64,000 bases of DNA from a virus. The position numbers and the translations under genes are program-made. The notes under the pieces are model-generated. The model saw nothing but the letters and a program-made list of their open reading frames with translations. It was not told where the DNA came from and ran no database searches. The DNA is taken from IMG/VR virus record IMGVR_UViG_3300030107_006047, positions 8,061 through 72,060 of that record. One strand, written 5' to 3'. Below, one piece after another: positions 39,580-49,092 of this stretch; position 1 is the stretch's first letter, and every line of letters starts with the position of its first letter.

Positions 39580-40194
39580 TTAGTCCTCTTCAAAAGGGTT
39601 TGGGGTGAATGACAGCTCTCCTTGTTCAACCCTGGCAGCCGCAGTGTTTTTCCATTCTAAAACCATTTCTCTCCAGGCTTTAGACAGGTCTCGTTCCTCT
39701 TGGTGAGAGAAGCCGCGACCTGCGGCGATGCTTAGGGTGTTGTCGTTAATGAAGTCTTTTATTTTTTTATAAAGCTTGTTCTTCATTTCCCATAGAACGT
39801 AGGGAGAAACGGCAATCCATTCCTGAAGAACAAGAAGCTCCGACTCTTTAGGTAGGCTTAGCTTCTGTTCCTCAAGGTCCCCCAAGTAGGCAGCGACATC
39901 CAGCATGATGTGACACCTGTCTGTGTATTCGGTCTTGATGTTAATGAGTCTCCCCTCACATCCAAGAATGACCTCTGCACCTATTCCAACCAGCGTGTTT
40001 GCTTCTTGAGTTGATTCAAAAGATTCAAGCTCAATGGCCGCCTCCAGAAGTGCAGTTCGGTCACTTAGCGATAGCTCGGAAATGCTCTTCCATTCTGCAG
40101 GTCGAACCCTGGGTGGCGTGTGCTTGTTCAAAAACGCCAGCTGTTCTTGTTGGTTTAAAAATAAATCTATCAGTATCTCGTTGTTTGTTTCCAT
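39580..40194 (-). CDS. Hypothetical protein in replication operon
   Basis: AGGAG RBS; 204 aa. Confidence 0.7.
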   Translation of the reverse strand: METNNEILIDLFLNQQEQLAFLNKHTPPRVRPAEWKSISELSLSDRTALLEAAIELESFESTQEANTLVGIGAEVILGCEGRLINIKTEYTDRCHIMLDVAAYLGDLEEQKLSLPKESELLVLQEWIAVSPYVLWEMKNKLYKKIKDFINDNTLSIAAGRGFSHQEERDLSKAWREMVLEWKNTAAARVEQGELSFTPNPFEED

Positions 40195-40203
40195 TGCTTT
40201 CTC

Positions 40204-41523
40204 CTAAAACTCATCATCGTCTGAGCGTGACTTTCCTGGGAACGAAAGAACTTCAGTTGGGCCCCATACATAGGCTCTCTTACCCATCATTGTTGTTCTT
40301 CTTCGCTTCCATCCAAGGTTTCTGAGCACATCCGACACTCGCATTTGCGCAAACTTTGTCATCTGATTTGAATCAAGACCAAGACCATCGGCGAGGATTT
40401 CAGAAACCATCAGGTCTCGTCGGCCCAGAAGCCACTTCTCTAAGATTGGTTGCCACGGGTCAACTTCTCTGAAGTCTTCTGAAACACTCTTAAGATCGAT
40501 CTCGTTCTTGTTGTCCAGCCACCAAGGCTCGTTGTTGTTGAATGCGTTGACTGCCTCAGCCCACAACTGATCCCTGTTCGATGAGACCCAATCAAGGTCA
40601 ACCTTTCCAATCTTGACTGGCCAGAATCGACGGCTACCAGTGTTATCAGAAATGAATGACTCTTCATTTGTGGTTCCACAGAACACACAGTGTCGCTTGA
40701 TGGTCACCGAGTGGCGACCGTAGGCTGGTCGATAGTTATCAAACCCGGCTGACAGGAACGCTTTGGTTCTACTGTTGGCCCGCTTTCTAATAGAGTCCAG
40801 CTCAGCGATCTCGTAGATCCAGGCCCTGCGAATCTGGCTGTAGGCATTGGGTGATCCAATGTCCATTGGCGTATCGCAGAAGTATTCGTCACCGGCAAGA
40901 ACCCTAAACGTCGTGCTCTTTCTTGCACCCTGTGGTCCGAACAGAATCAGGCAACAGTCGGCCTTGCACCCAGGCTTTATCGCCCTGGCCACTGCGGAAA
41001 TCATCCATCTTCTGCCCATGTCCCTATTCAACGAAACATCGTCAGCCCCGACACCTTTCACCAGCCAATAGTCGAGCCTCTTCACCCCGTCCCACTGGAG
41101 CCCGTTGAGCCAATCAACAAGAGGGTTGACCCCGTTCTCCTCGCCGACAAGCCTGGCCACCTCTGCGACGGCTGTAGTGGAGACTCTCATCCCATACACT
41201 GAGTCAATCCACATCTGTATCTTTGTGTCGTCAGTGTCCTTGTATTCTTTGTCGCCACGCATCATGACGCCCTTGAACTGATCTTCCCAGATCTTTCCCT
41301 TCACTCTGGTGTCGTGAGTAAGTATGAGGTGAATGTTGCGACGGGTTGGTCGCACTACTAAATCACCATTCTTAGTTAGATATCCATCCAACATTGACGA
41401 CACGTTGGGCTGTGGTTTAGTTTTCCGGTTTGCCTTCTTGTCAGCAGAACCAGATTTTATTGCGTCATCAACAAGCGACCGCAGCGTTTTTCCATTGGCA
41501 ATTGCAGCATCTAAATCCGGCAC
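40204..41523 (-). CDS. VapE/VirE-family P-loop ATPase (replicative helicase)
   Basis: WDGVKRL, PGCKAD, Walker A GPQGARKST, WIYEIAEL, YRPAYGR, CVFCGTTN, DNTGSRRFWP, RDQLWAEA. Confidence 0.9.
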   Translation of the reverse strand: MPDLDAAIANGKTLRSLVDDAIKSGSADKKANRKTKPQPNVSSMLDGYLTKNGDLVVRPTRRNIHLILTHDTRVKGKIWEDQFKGVMMRGDKEYKDTDDTKIQMWIDSVYGMRVSTTAVAEVARLVGEENGVNPLVDWLNGLQWDGVKRLDYWLVKGVGADDVSLNRDMGRRWMISAVARAIKPGCKADCCLILFGPQGARKSTTFRVLAGDEYFCDTPMDIGSPNAYSQIRRAWIYEIAELDSIRKRANSRTKAFLSAGFDNYRPAYGRHSVTIKRHCVFCGTTNEESFISDNTGSRRFWPVKIGKVDLDWVSSNRDQLWAEAVNAFNNNEPWWLDNKNEIDLKSVSEDFREVDPWQPILEKWLLGRRDLMVSEILADGLGLDSNQMTKFAQMRVSDVLRNLGWKRRRTTMMGKRAYVWGPTEVLSFPGKSRSDDDEF

Positions 41524-41524
41524 T

Positions 41525-42520
41525 CTACTTCTCCAGCTTCATTCTAAAAATTTCTCTTGGTGATAGGCTCTTAAAAATATCTTTGGCGTAGTTGTCTCCC
41601 GCCTCATCAGGATCGGTGCATACAATGACCGGAAGTCCCTTTGGAATCTTGGCGCTCGATAGTTTAGCAAAAGAGCCAGACGTACCAGACAGCACCGCAA
41701 CATTCATATTCTCATGTATTGCCGCTGAAGAGGCTCGGAAAAGATCCGTAATCCCTTCGCAGATAAGCAACGCTTCTACCCCTTCATCAATAGACCCCCT
41801 CAACAACTTGATTCCGGCCTTGTTCCCAAGCAGCAAACCAGATGCCTCGCACCCTTTAGGCCACCGGCTCTTCGGTCTTGACTTGGTCTGGGTCACCGCT
41901 CTTGCGTGCAGGCTTGCGACCTTGCCTGTTATTTCGAAAGCAGGGGTTGCGAGCCGCCAAACAGGGGACCACACAGAAGGCCACCAGGCTGGCCACTGAT
42001 ACTCATTGCGTGTTGGAAGGGCTCTAACGATGCCGGTCTGAGACAACAGCTCAATGTCGAACTTTCTTTCCTTGAGGAAGAGCCTGACCATGTTGTCTTC
42101 CTTGCACCCGTTCATTTGGTTTAGCGGGGTGGATGCTCTCCACAAGCTTGCAACCTCGGAAAGCGACGGCCTCTTTGGTTCTGTCCTCTTGGGCTTGAAG
42201 TCTTTGTACCGTTCTGAAAGCCCGGTGCCCTCGAACCACTCGTAAACCTTTCTCTGCTTGTCTTTGTTGATGTCGCTTAGTTTTCCACCAGCTACCGCAT
42301 AAGAGACAAGGTCAACCACATCCCCCTTCTTCTGACATCGATGGCACTGCCAAGCGGTGTCCGATGCGTTCAGACCAACAGGCCCCCTCTTGTCTCCGCT
42401 CCCCCTGTTCTCTTCTCCACAGGCCGGGCAAGGCGACAGTGACCTCCCCTTCCTGATTGATATCTTTAGTCGTTCTGCAGCGACAGATATCGGCGTTCGC
42501 TTTGCTCTTTGAATCCACAT
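41525..42520 (-). CDS. DNA primase (Zn-finger plus TOPRIM)
   Basis: CPAC...CHRC..KGD zinc ribbon; ICEGITD and DPDEAG TOPRIM motifs; GGAG RBS at ATG 42520. Confidence 0.82.
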   Translation of the reverse strand: MWIQRAKRTPISVAAERLKISIRKGRSLSPCPACGEENRGSGDKRGPVGLNASDTAWQCHRCQKKGDVVDLVSYAVAGGKLSDINKDKQRKVYEWFEGTGLSERYKDFKPKRTEPKRPSLSEVASLWRASTPLNQMNGCKEDNMVRLFLKERKFDIELLSQTGIVRALPTRNEYQWPAWWPSVWSPVWRLATPAFEITGKVASLHARAVTQTKSRPKSRWPKGCEASGLLLGNKAGIKLLRGSIDEGVEALLICEGITDLFRASSAAIHENMNVAVLSGTSGSFAKLSSAKIPKGLPVIVCTDPDEAGDNYAKDIFKSLSPREIFRMKLEK

Positions 42521-42628
42521 GGTTGCTCCCCAACTTGTCACCCCCGGTTTGACCCCCGGCTAATGCCGGGGGCCATGGGGAGCCCCACATGGGGCTGGGC
42601 TGATCAGGCCCGAGACAACTCAATAACT

Positions 42629-42880
42629 TTATTTTTTTGAAATGGTGAACTCAAGTTGTTCACCGGGTCTTACTGAAAACTCGAGGTGTATGCCGGTCTC
42701 TTCCTTTGCTCTGGATGCAAGCTTTGCAAGCGTATCCAGTGAGACTGGTGGCCTGTTCCTCGTGACCGTTCCCCACAGCGTGGTGTGGCTAATGCATAGG
42801 ACATCTGCCGCGCCCCTGTACCCTCCTCCGATTTCTTCGTACAGCGCTCTGACTGCTGGTGTCGTATCTATTCTCTCCAT
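42629..42880 (-). CDS. HTH-domain protein
   Basis: GYRGAADVLCISHTTLW...VSLDTLAKLA. Confidence 0.6.
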   Translation of the reverse strand: MERIDTTPAVRALYEEIGGGYRGAADVLCISHTTLWGTVTRNRPPVSLDTLAKLASRAKEETGIHLEFSVRPGEQLEFTISKK

Positions 42881-42883
42881 AAT

Positions 42884-43102
42884 TTATCCTTCAGGGAGGA
42901 CGGCAACCCATCCTTCGGTTGCTGTGTCCGTTGCTGGTTTCTCTTCTTCATCTAAAACCATGTAGACTATGTCACCTTCTACTACATCGAGGTTTTGGCC
43001 ACACGAGATCTTCTCTAAGACCCAGCTCAGCGCCTCATCCGCGTCCTTCCCAACTCCATTGAGATGGATTTCAAATCTGTAGCGTTTCATTCTGTCTGAC
43101 AT
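42884..43102 (-). CDS. Hypothetical protein
   Basis: 72 aa between tRNA and HTH gene. Confidence 0.55.
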   Translation of the reverse strand: MSDRMKRYRFEIHLNGVGKDADEALSWVLEKISCGQNLDVVEGDIVYMVLDEEEKPATDTATEGWVAVLPEG

Positions 43103-43124
43103 GCTTTCTTCTTTTTGTTGTTGG

Positions 43125-43200
43125 TGGCTGGGGCAGCGGGACTCGAACCTGCAACTTCCTGATTAACAGTCAGGCGTTCTGCCAATTGAACTACACCCCA
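43125..43200 (-). tRNA. tRNA-Asn (GTT)
   Basis: TGGGGTG-TA-GTTC AATTGGCA GAAC-G-CCTGA CT GTT AA TCAGG-AAGTT-GCAGG TTCGAGT CCCGC-TGCCCCA-G-CCA cloverleaf. Confidence 0.92.
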
Positions 43201-43206
43201 TTGATC

Positions 43207-43734
43207 TTACCTTGCATCCCAAGATACAACTCTCGGACCACCGGGCCACCCATCATCAGGAGTATGTGGCCTGAAGATAATGATAGCGGAACCCTTAGGT
43301 GCTGCGGCAGCCTTGCTTCCGTCTGGTTTGAGAAAGCTTACCCTTCCTCGCAATAGACGAATCTCGTCTGCCTTCCATGCGTGGTCATGCCACCAGGCCG
43401 TGTCGGTGCAAGCCATAACTAATGCAACTACTGGCTTCCCCGAAAGGTGGCACTGATGCCAGCACCGCTCAACCCAGCTGCTCACATTCCTACCGTATGG
43501 TGGGTTGCAGAAGATTGCGCCGCTGGAGATCCAGTCAGTAGACAGGGCGTCCTGCCATGTATGAATGCCATGATCTGGCCCCATGTACTCTTCGCAAAGC
43601 TTGCTTTCGAAGGTGGCCGCCGCGTCAAGCTTGAAGTCAAACTCAAGGTCGAGCTTGTTGAAAAGCTTGGGCGGCGTCCTCCAGCAATCATCTTTGCTTG
43701 AGTGAATGACACTCCAAGGTGATTGCGTACTCAT
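43207..43734 (-). CDS. Phage N6-adenine DNA methyltransferase (phage Dam family)
   Basis: WRTP..LF..L..EFDFKLDAAA, FCNPPYG, TDTAWW, IRLLRGRVSF. Confidence 0.88.
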   Translation of the reverse strand: MSTQSPWSVIHSSKDDCWRTPPKLFNKLDLEFDFKLDAAATFESKLCEEYMGPDHGIHTWQDALSTDWISSGAIFCNPPYGRNVSSWVERCWHQCHLSGKPVVALVMACTDTAWWHDHAWKADEIRLLRGRVSFLKPDGSKAAAAPKGSAIIIFRPHTPDDGWPGGPRVVSWDAR

Positions 43735-44138
43735 CAGACAATGTGATCCATAAAGTCATCAACAGCCTGGTTGTGCTGGTTGACTGGGGCTCGGTGTGAG
43801 TTGCCCTGTCCCTGGCTGTTGTCCCGCATGAACTTCACCTGTTCGGCGACAACCTCTGTGGTGTACTTGTCGTTCCCTTCTTTGTCCTGCCACTTGCGGG
43901 TTTGCAGTCGCCCTTCGACGTATACCTGCTTGCCCTTCTGGCAGTACTTTGCGACGTTTTCTGCGGTCTTTCCCCAGGACACAATGTTGTGCCACTCGGT
44001 GTGATCTGTCCAGTTGCCGTCACGATCCTTGCGGCGCTCGTTGGTGGCGATGCTGAAGCTGCACACTGTGCTGTTCGCTGTTGGCCTGGCCTCCGGGTCT
44101 CGCCCAAGGTTGCCGATTAAAATTACTTTGTTGATCAT
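43734..44138 (-). CDS. ssb: Single-stranded DNA-binding protein
   Basis: MINKVILIGNLGRDPE...TEWHNIV..GKTAE...KGKQVYVEGRLQTRKW...YTTEVVA. Confidence 0.95.
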   Translation of the reverse strand: MINKVILIGNLGRDPEARPTANSTVCSFSIATNERRKDRDGNWTDHTEWHNIVSWGKTAENVAKYCQKGKQVYVEGRLQTRKWQDKEGNDKYTTEVVAEQVKFMRDNSQGQGNSHRAPVNQHNQAVDDFMDHIV

Positions 44139-44239
44139 TAGTCTTCTCTCCAACCGTTTCCGATGATGTTTGCAAATACAAACGCGATTACTATCCAAGG
44201 CAAAATGCCCATGCTTACTCCCTTTTAGGGCGGGGTGCC

Positions 44240-44431
44240 CTAACCTTTGTTGTTGTACCAAGTGTTCTGAGAATCCATCCACCTGATGGCGGTTCGAATA
44301 TCATCACGGTCTTTCGCGCTGAGGTCGCCTGATTGATCAAGCACCGTCTTGTAGATTGCGTCGCGAACGGCAACAACCTTTCTCATTCCGCGATTGACCT
44401 TGTTTGTGTATGCTGGTTTTCTATTGGCCAT
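44240..44431 (-). CDS. Hypothetical protein
   Basis: AGGAG RBS; 63 aa. Confidence 0.6.
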   Translation of the reverse strand: MANRKPAYTNKVNRGMRKVVAVRDAIYKTVLDQSGDLSAKDRDDIRTAIRWMDSQNTWYNNKG

Positions 44432-44439
44432 TTTTTCTC

Positions 44440-45864
44440 CTAAACCTCGCAGCCAAGCGAGCGATAAAGCTTGATTCTTTTACGAGCCATGCTGTTGAAC
44501 ACTGGCGAATCATCTACAACATCGAAGACAACAGGGGTCTGCTTGCCTTCTTTGACGCGCATGATTCTCCCGATGCGCTGTTGAATACGGCCCAACGCCT
44601 TGGTTGGTACTGTAAGAAATACTGTATCAAGTCCAGGCAAATCCAGCCCTTCGTCGGCAATACAGGTGGCGAAGATGACATCGATTTCGCGCTTGTCTGC
44701 TGACTCAAGAAGCTCGGCGCGTTTCTTCTTGGACAGTGTTCCAACAAGCGCAACAGCCCTGAGCCCTTCGTTTGACAGCTCCTCCGCCATCTCTTTGCAG
44801 TGCTGTACCCGGTCAGACAACACAAGGACCTGCCTGCCTTCATTGCGCACCAAGATGTCAACCTTGTCGAGAATGAACTGTGTTCTTTCATTGTCGCTAC
44901 ACATATCACTAATCAGTCGAACCCAGTCCCTCTTCCTTCCTTCAGGAATCTTCCACCCAGTGTGAAGCTGTTCAATCCTCGGTCTGCACACAAGACCACG
45001 GTTCACTAAGTCCTCTGTCTTGATCTCATGCAGGACATCGCCGAGGTGCCAATGCAAGATGTCGCTTAGGCCGTCCTGTCTTTCAGGGGTTGCTGTCAGT
45101 CCTAACCTGTACCTCTGCGGCATCGTCATCAATGTCTCACAGAAAGTGTTGGCTGGCACATGGTGGCACTCATCCACAATGAGTAATCCAAACTGCTTTC
45201 CGAAGTTGTACCTCTCTGTCCACAACCATCTCGATAGTGTTTGGAATGTCGCTACAACAATGCGCTTTGTCCCACCCTTTTCCAGCTCATTTGTTCCTCC
45301 TCCAACAATCGATGGCCGGAAGTTTAGCTGCTGCTCACACCTGTCTGCCCACTGCTTGGCAAGGTCGAGGGTGTGTACAAGGACAAGGGCTGGAGTATCA
45401 AGGGCAGCTATGGTGCCAACACCAATGGTTGTTTTACCGGCACCACACGGCGCTACGACTACTCCCTCTTTGCTTGCCTTTAGGTTTCCAATCGCGTGGG
45501 TCTGGTAGTCCCTGAGCTTGATGTGCTCTGCAACACTGAGCTTCTCCGCATCAGGGAACGAGGTCTTGTCAACCACCCTAAGTGAAGAGGGCTCCACATA
45601 CTTTGTGAGGTCGATGCATCGTGGAATCTGAATGCCGTTGCCCCACGGGTGAATGACGGGCAGTCGCTTGAATGCCTTCACCCACTCGTCTGGAAGCTCG
45701 ATGTATCTCCCCTGATTGCGAAGCCTGTGAGCCTGGATCCATTCAGGGTTCTTCAGTCTGTACTGGCTGCTGATCTCTCGAAGCACATCCTTGTGCTCTT
45801 TTATGAAGTCGGGGTGTATGTATTGAGCACCACCCCGCACGATGATGTTCTGTAGTTTAGACAT
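44440..45864 (-). CDS. Superfamily II DExH helicase
   Basis: LRDYQ, APCGAGKT, IVDECHH, LGLTATPER, EGLDLP, QRIGRIMR. Confidence 0.92.
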   Translation of the reverse strand: MSKLQNIIVRGGAQYIHPDFIKEHKDVLREISSQYRLKNPEWIQAHRLRNQGRYIELPDEWVKAFKRLPVIHPWGNGIQIPRCIDLTKYVEPSSLRVVDKTSFPDAEKLSVAEHIKLRDYQTHAIGNLKASKEGVVVAPCGAGKTTIGVGTIAALDTPALVLVHTLDLAKQWADRCEQQLNFRPSIVGGGTNELEKGGTKRIVVATFQTLSRWLWTERYNFGKQFGLLIVDECHHVPANTFCETLMTMPQRYRLGLTATPERQDGLSDILHWHLGDVLHEIKTEDLVNRGLVCRPRIEQLHTGWKIPEGRKRDWVRLISDMCSDNERTQFILDKVDILVRNEGRQVLVLSDRVQHCKEMAEELSNEGLRAVALVGTLSKKKRAELLESADKREIDVIFATCIADEGLDLPGLDTVFLTVPTKALGRIQQRIGRIMRVKEGKQTPVVFDVVDDSPVFNSMARKRIKLYRSLGCEV

Positions 45865-45867
45865 TGA

Positions 45868-46095
45868 TTAACTCCAACTCCTCAAGATGTTTGCTAACTC
45901 TTCCTCGTGTGCGTCTCTGTCTGCCTTGTTTACAGCGTCGCTGTACTTCTCCGCAGCTTTCATTAGATCCTCGATGATCTCATCTCTCGGCTCATTGAGG
46001 TACTCCAACAAATATCCTCTAAAGCAAACCTCAAGATGGGCCTTGGCCTTGAGTCTTTCTTCTGAGTTTGGTCTCTTTGGCGGCAAAGATGTCAT
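45868..46095 (-). CDS. Hypothetical protein
   Basis: ATGA overlap; operon packing. Confidence 0.6.
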   Translation of the reverse strand: MTSLPPKRPNSEERLKAKAHLEVCFRGYLLEYLNEPRDEIIEDLMKAAEKYSDAVNKADRDAHEEELANILRSWS

Positions 46096-46370
46096 GCTTC
46101 ACCGGGAGGCGAGGCGACTGCTCTGAGGCTAATGCTCACCGCAGCCTCCGCCATGAGCCGGTCTACTTCTTCTCCACCGAAGTTGAACAGCTCCTTTGAC
46201 AGCTTTTCAGATCTGCTGCTCAAGCTTTCGCAAGCATTGATCAGGCTGGTCTTTCTTTGAATTGGAAGGTCCACGTCCTTTAGGATGAGCATGACAAACC
46301 TTGGAAAGATTTGCCCCTCAAGCAGGACTTCTTCCAGCTCTTCCTTTGATATTTCTTTTCCGTTTAGCAT
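46092..46370 (-). CDS. Hypothetical protein
   Basis: AAGGA RBS; operon packing. Confidence 0.6.
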   Translation of the reverse strand: MLNGKEISKEELEEVLLEGQIFPRFVMLILKDVDLPIQRKTSLINACESLSSRSEKLSKELFNFGGEEVDRLMAEAAVSISLRAVASPPGEA

Positions 46371-46381
46371 TCTGTTTTTCC

Positions 46382-46687
46382 TTAATGAATAGGGTTGAAG
46401 GGGGTTTGATCGATAAAGATTGGCCTGCCACGTCCATCACAGGCATCAAGAGTGTTGTACCGAAACCATTCCAAGGCTTCGTCTAAGGTCATGCCTTCTT
46501 CGACGTGTGAGTTGAGGATTCCCGGCATGCTGTAAACAAGGGCCGGGTCCTCTCCGCTTCGATGACAGACACCCACGATGTGTTTGTCATAGAATGAGCG
46601 GGGCTCAAGTCTGGACCAGCAGCCTCCGCTGCTTTCAATCCATTGGAGTATCTCTCCCGGCGTGTCTCTTGTTGTTTGTTTACTCAC
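46382..46687 (-). CDS. Conserved phage hypothetical protein
   Basis: IVGV...LVYS...GMTLDEALEWFRYNT...PIFI pattern seen in many phage small proteins. Confidence 0.7.
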   Translation of the reverse strand: MSKQTTRDTPGEILQWIESSGGCWSRLEPRSFYDKHIVGVCHRSGEDPALVYSMPGILNSHVEEGMTLDEALEWFRYNTLDACDGRGRPIFIDQTPFNPIH

Positions 46688-46699
46688 TTGTTCTCCTTT

Positions 46700-46996
46700 T
46701 CAGAATGGGCAGATGTCTTCTCTGTCCAGTTCGCCATTGTCCACTTGTTCAATACAGTAGACACACAGGTTCTTCACTTCCTCGTGGTACGAGGTTCCGT
46801 CTTTGATTTCTTTCTTGACTGCCTTCTCATTGCAGGCATCACAGACAATGCCGCAGTAGTTACACAACCTGGCATCGCCATCGTGATCCGTGTCTTCCTC
46901 GAACAGATTCTCGGAACACTTCTCACACCGGGGATGGTCGTGAGGTAGCTTCGGCTCGTAGTGAGCCTCCCATTTCGCCCAGTCATGCGCGTCCAT
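46700..46996 (-). CDS. Cys-rich putative zinc-binding protein
   Basis: Four CxxC pairs. Confidence 0.65.
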   Translation of the reverse strand: MDAHDWAKWEAHYEPKLPHDHPRCEKCSENLFEEDTDHDGDARLCNYCGIVCDACNEKAVKKEIKDGTSYHEEVKNLCVYCIEQVDNGELDREDICPF

Positions 46997-47008
46997 TGCT
47001 CTTCTCCT

Positions 47009-47359
47009 TCATCCTGTGTAGACAATCTCTGCGTTGGCAATGGCTCCGGTGAGCCCGCCTGTGATGGGTCGGCATGCGCTGGCATGCATGGATAGAATCA
47101 GCCACACGTCTTGCTCAGGAAACCAGAAGATGCTGGAAGCTTTCTCGTAGTTGCAAGCCACCTCCCAGGATGGTCCTTCGAGGTACTTGTGTCGGTAGTC
47201 AGGGCTTCCCCACGGGTCAGTGTAGAACTCTCGAATGGCACGCTTGTCCTTCTGTTCGTACTCTACAAGGCAGGAGTCTTCAGGCATGCCTGCCTCCTTG
47301 GCGTTGGCACGCCATGCCGCTGCTACTTTCTCGATCTCTTTAGGTACTTTCTCTTTCAT
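47009..47359 (-). CDS. Hypothetical protein
   Basis: GAGG RBS; 116 aa. Confidence 0.65.
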   Translation of the reverse strand: MKEKVPKEIEKVAAAWRANAKEAGMPEDSCLVEYEQKDKRAIREFYTDPWGSPDYRHKYLEGPSWEVACNYEKASSIFWFPEQDVWLILSMHASACRPITGGLTGAIANAEIVYTG

Positions 47360-47372
47360 TGCTTGTTCCTCG

Positions 47373-47684
47373 CTAAAGCTTTCTTGTTGATTTCCACAAC
47401 AGCTGGTTGGCCTCTTCGCTCTTTCCCTCTTTCATTAGCTGGCTCATCTCTTTCTTTTTGATTGGCTCGGCGCAGATGATCTCCTCATGAGAGGGCCCAG
47501 CCCAAACGTCTTTCTGGATGGAAAGAACGTGGGAGTCCTCGTCATCGCTTGGCACCGATAAGCGTGACAGCTCGCACTCTAAGCCAGCCTCGGCTTCTGC
47601 CTTGGCTCTCTCCTCGTCCGGCGCTTCGACTGTGACAAGGAATGTGCGGCGCTGAACTACCGTGGCGTATACCTCAAACTCCAT
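47373..47684 (-). CDS. Hypothetical protein
   Basis: GGAGG RBS; VTVEAPDEERA..A motif. Confidence 0.65.
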   Translation of the reverse strand: MEFEVYATVVQRRTFLVTVEAPDEERAKAEAEAGLECELSRLSVPSDDEDSHVLSIQKDVWAGPSHEEIICAEPIKKKEMSQLMKEGKSEEANQLLWKSTRKL

Positions 47685-47844
47685 CACTCACCTCCTCCGC
47701 GCACTGAGCGCTGCAATACATTCCTTCTTTCGTCTCGTGAGAGACGATCTTCTCATCGTTTGTCTTGGTCCCACATTCATCACAGATGATGCACTTGCAC
47801 CAGTCGTCTGCTGTGTCGGCCTCGCCGCATACTTCGCACTTCAT
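47674..47844 (-). CDS. Small Cys-rich protein (not in ORF track)
   Basis: 56 aa MKCEVCGEAD...CKCIICDECG...YCSAQCAEE; fills operon gap. Confidence 0.6.
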   Translation of the reverse strand: MKCEVCGEADTADDWCKCIICDECGTKTNDEKIVSHETKEGMYCSAQCAEEVSDGV

Positions 47845-48035
47845 CACTCACCCCCCTCGTCTGGCTTTTCTTCTTTCCTGGTCAGCGCAACATGCATGCC
47901 GCAGTCTTCGCACCAGTTGTTTTGCTCCGAGTCCCAAGGCCCAACGTCATCGAGGACCTTGTTTCCTTGGTTGGGGTCAACCCATGCCATGAGTTGAACG
48001 GCGCTTGATCCACACTCCTTACAGACAATCATCAC
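47844..48035 (-). CDS. Small zinc-ribbon protein
   Basis: CKECGS..V...AWVDPN...WCEDC. Confidence 0.65.
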   Translation of the reverse strand: MMIVCKECGSSAVQLMAWVDPNQGNKVLDDVGPWDSEQNNWCEDCGMHVALTRKEEKPDEGGE

Positions 48036-48787
48036 TTACCCCCAAGGAGCCTTGCTCCAGTCCTGGCCTTGAGACCTGGATTGATGTCGATGTTCTGTCC
48101 GTCGCGATAGCCTGCGCTTGATGCTCCAACTCCGCCACTGTAGCTGCCCGTGCTTGGGTTATCTTTCCTCATGCGATCCCGTGCTCGGTCGGCTCGGCTT
48201 TGGAGAGCGAGAGCTGTTTCTGTGCTCTGCTCCTGGCGTTCTGCCTGCTGCTTCATTTCTCTAAGCTTCTGACCAAGACCGGCTACGCACCCTTCACGAT
48301 ACGATGTGCCTTCGGTGCGGGTGACCCAACCGTCGCGCTCTTTGATGCGGTGGCGCTCTATCTTTGTGAGCCGTTGGATCTCTCGCTTGGCTACAGAGTA
48401 GAGGTATTCCCACACTTCGAGGTCCGAGCGGTGGCCGTAGGCTAAAGCAAACGTCCGACGCTTGAAGTCGCCTATCACTTTCTCTTCTGCGTAGGGGTTG
48501 ACTATGGTCCCATGCCTGACGCTTCTAAGCACGGACAGGTTGCAGTGAGAGCCGAGAGACCATGCAAGACTCACAGCCCATGTCTGCTTTCCTATCTCAA
48601 TGGCTCGCACCTCGACTGGGTCCTCTTCGAGCATGGCTTGCTCAGAGAGAGTAGACATATTGATCGCGTGTTCACGCATGAGCTTCTGGGCCATTGCCGC
48701 AGCGGTAGCTGCCTCGTTCTCGTTGGTGCTCTCGGCAAGCGCCAAGAGCTTTCGGATGCGTGAGGCCATCTTTGCTTTCTTTGTCAT
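48032..48787 (-). CDS. DUF2786-containing protein
   Basis: RIRKLLALAESTNENEAATAAAMAQKLMREHAI; YG..SDLEV; GYRDG. Confidence 0.8.
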   Translation of the reverse strand: MTKKAKMASRIRKLLALAESTNENEAATAAAMAQKLMREHAINMSTLSEQAMLEEDPVEVRAIEIGKQTWAVSLAWSLGSHCNLSVLRSVRHGTIVNPYAEEKVIGDFKRRTFALAYGHRSDLEVWEYLYSVAKREIQRLTKIERHRIKERDGWVTRTEGTSYREGCVAGLGQKLREMKQQAERQEQSTETALALQSRADRARDRMRKDNPSTGSYSGGVGASSAGYRDGQNIDINPGLKARTGARLLGGK

Positions 48788-49092
48788 TGCCCACCCCCAA
48801 GGATTTGGTCGGAGAGTTGTTTCATCTTGCTCATCATTTCCATGATGGACTCCTCCTCTTCTTCTTCCTCTTCTTCGATGGGCCAAGCACCAGCCTTCAT
48901 GTCCTCGCGGAACTTCTGCTGGGCCTCGGCAAGCTCCTCAGCAGTGAACAAGCGGGCATCCTTCCCCTTGTAATGGTGAGAGATGTAGCCCAAGAACTCA
49001 TCCGCCTCGTCGGCGTCGTCGAACAGTGGGCCAAAGACTACGTTGGCGGTTGTGCAGACAAGCACTGCACCTTCTCTTGCTTCGACACCCAT
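48784..49092 (-). CDS. Hypothetical protein
   Basis: GGAGG RBS; VFGPLFDD..EA..FL. Confidence 0.65.
   Translation of the reverse strand: MGVEAREGAVLVCTTANVVFGPLFDDADEADEFLGYISHHYKGKDARLFTAEELAEAQQKFREDMKAGAWPIEEEEEEEEESIMEMMSKMKQLSDQILGGGQ

Noticed and set aside
43125-43200. tRNA as prophage attachment site
   Set aside because: No integrase, no duplicated tRNA 3' end and no host genes in the window
44139-44282. N-terminal extension of SSB in the ORF track
   Set aside because: Canonical SSB start MINKVIL with GGAG RBS is at 44138; extension overlaps another gene
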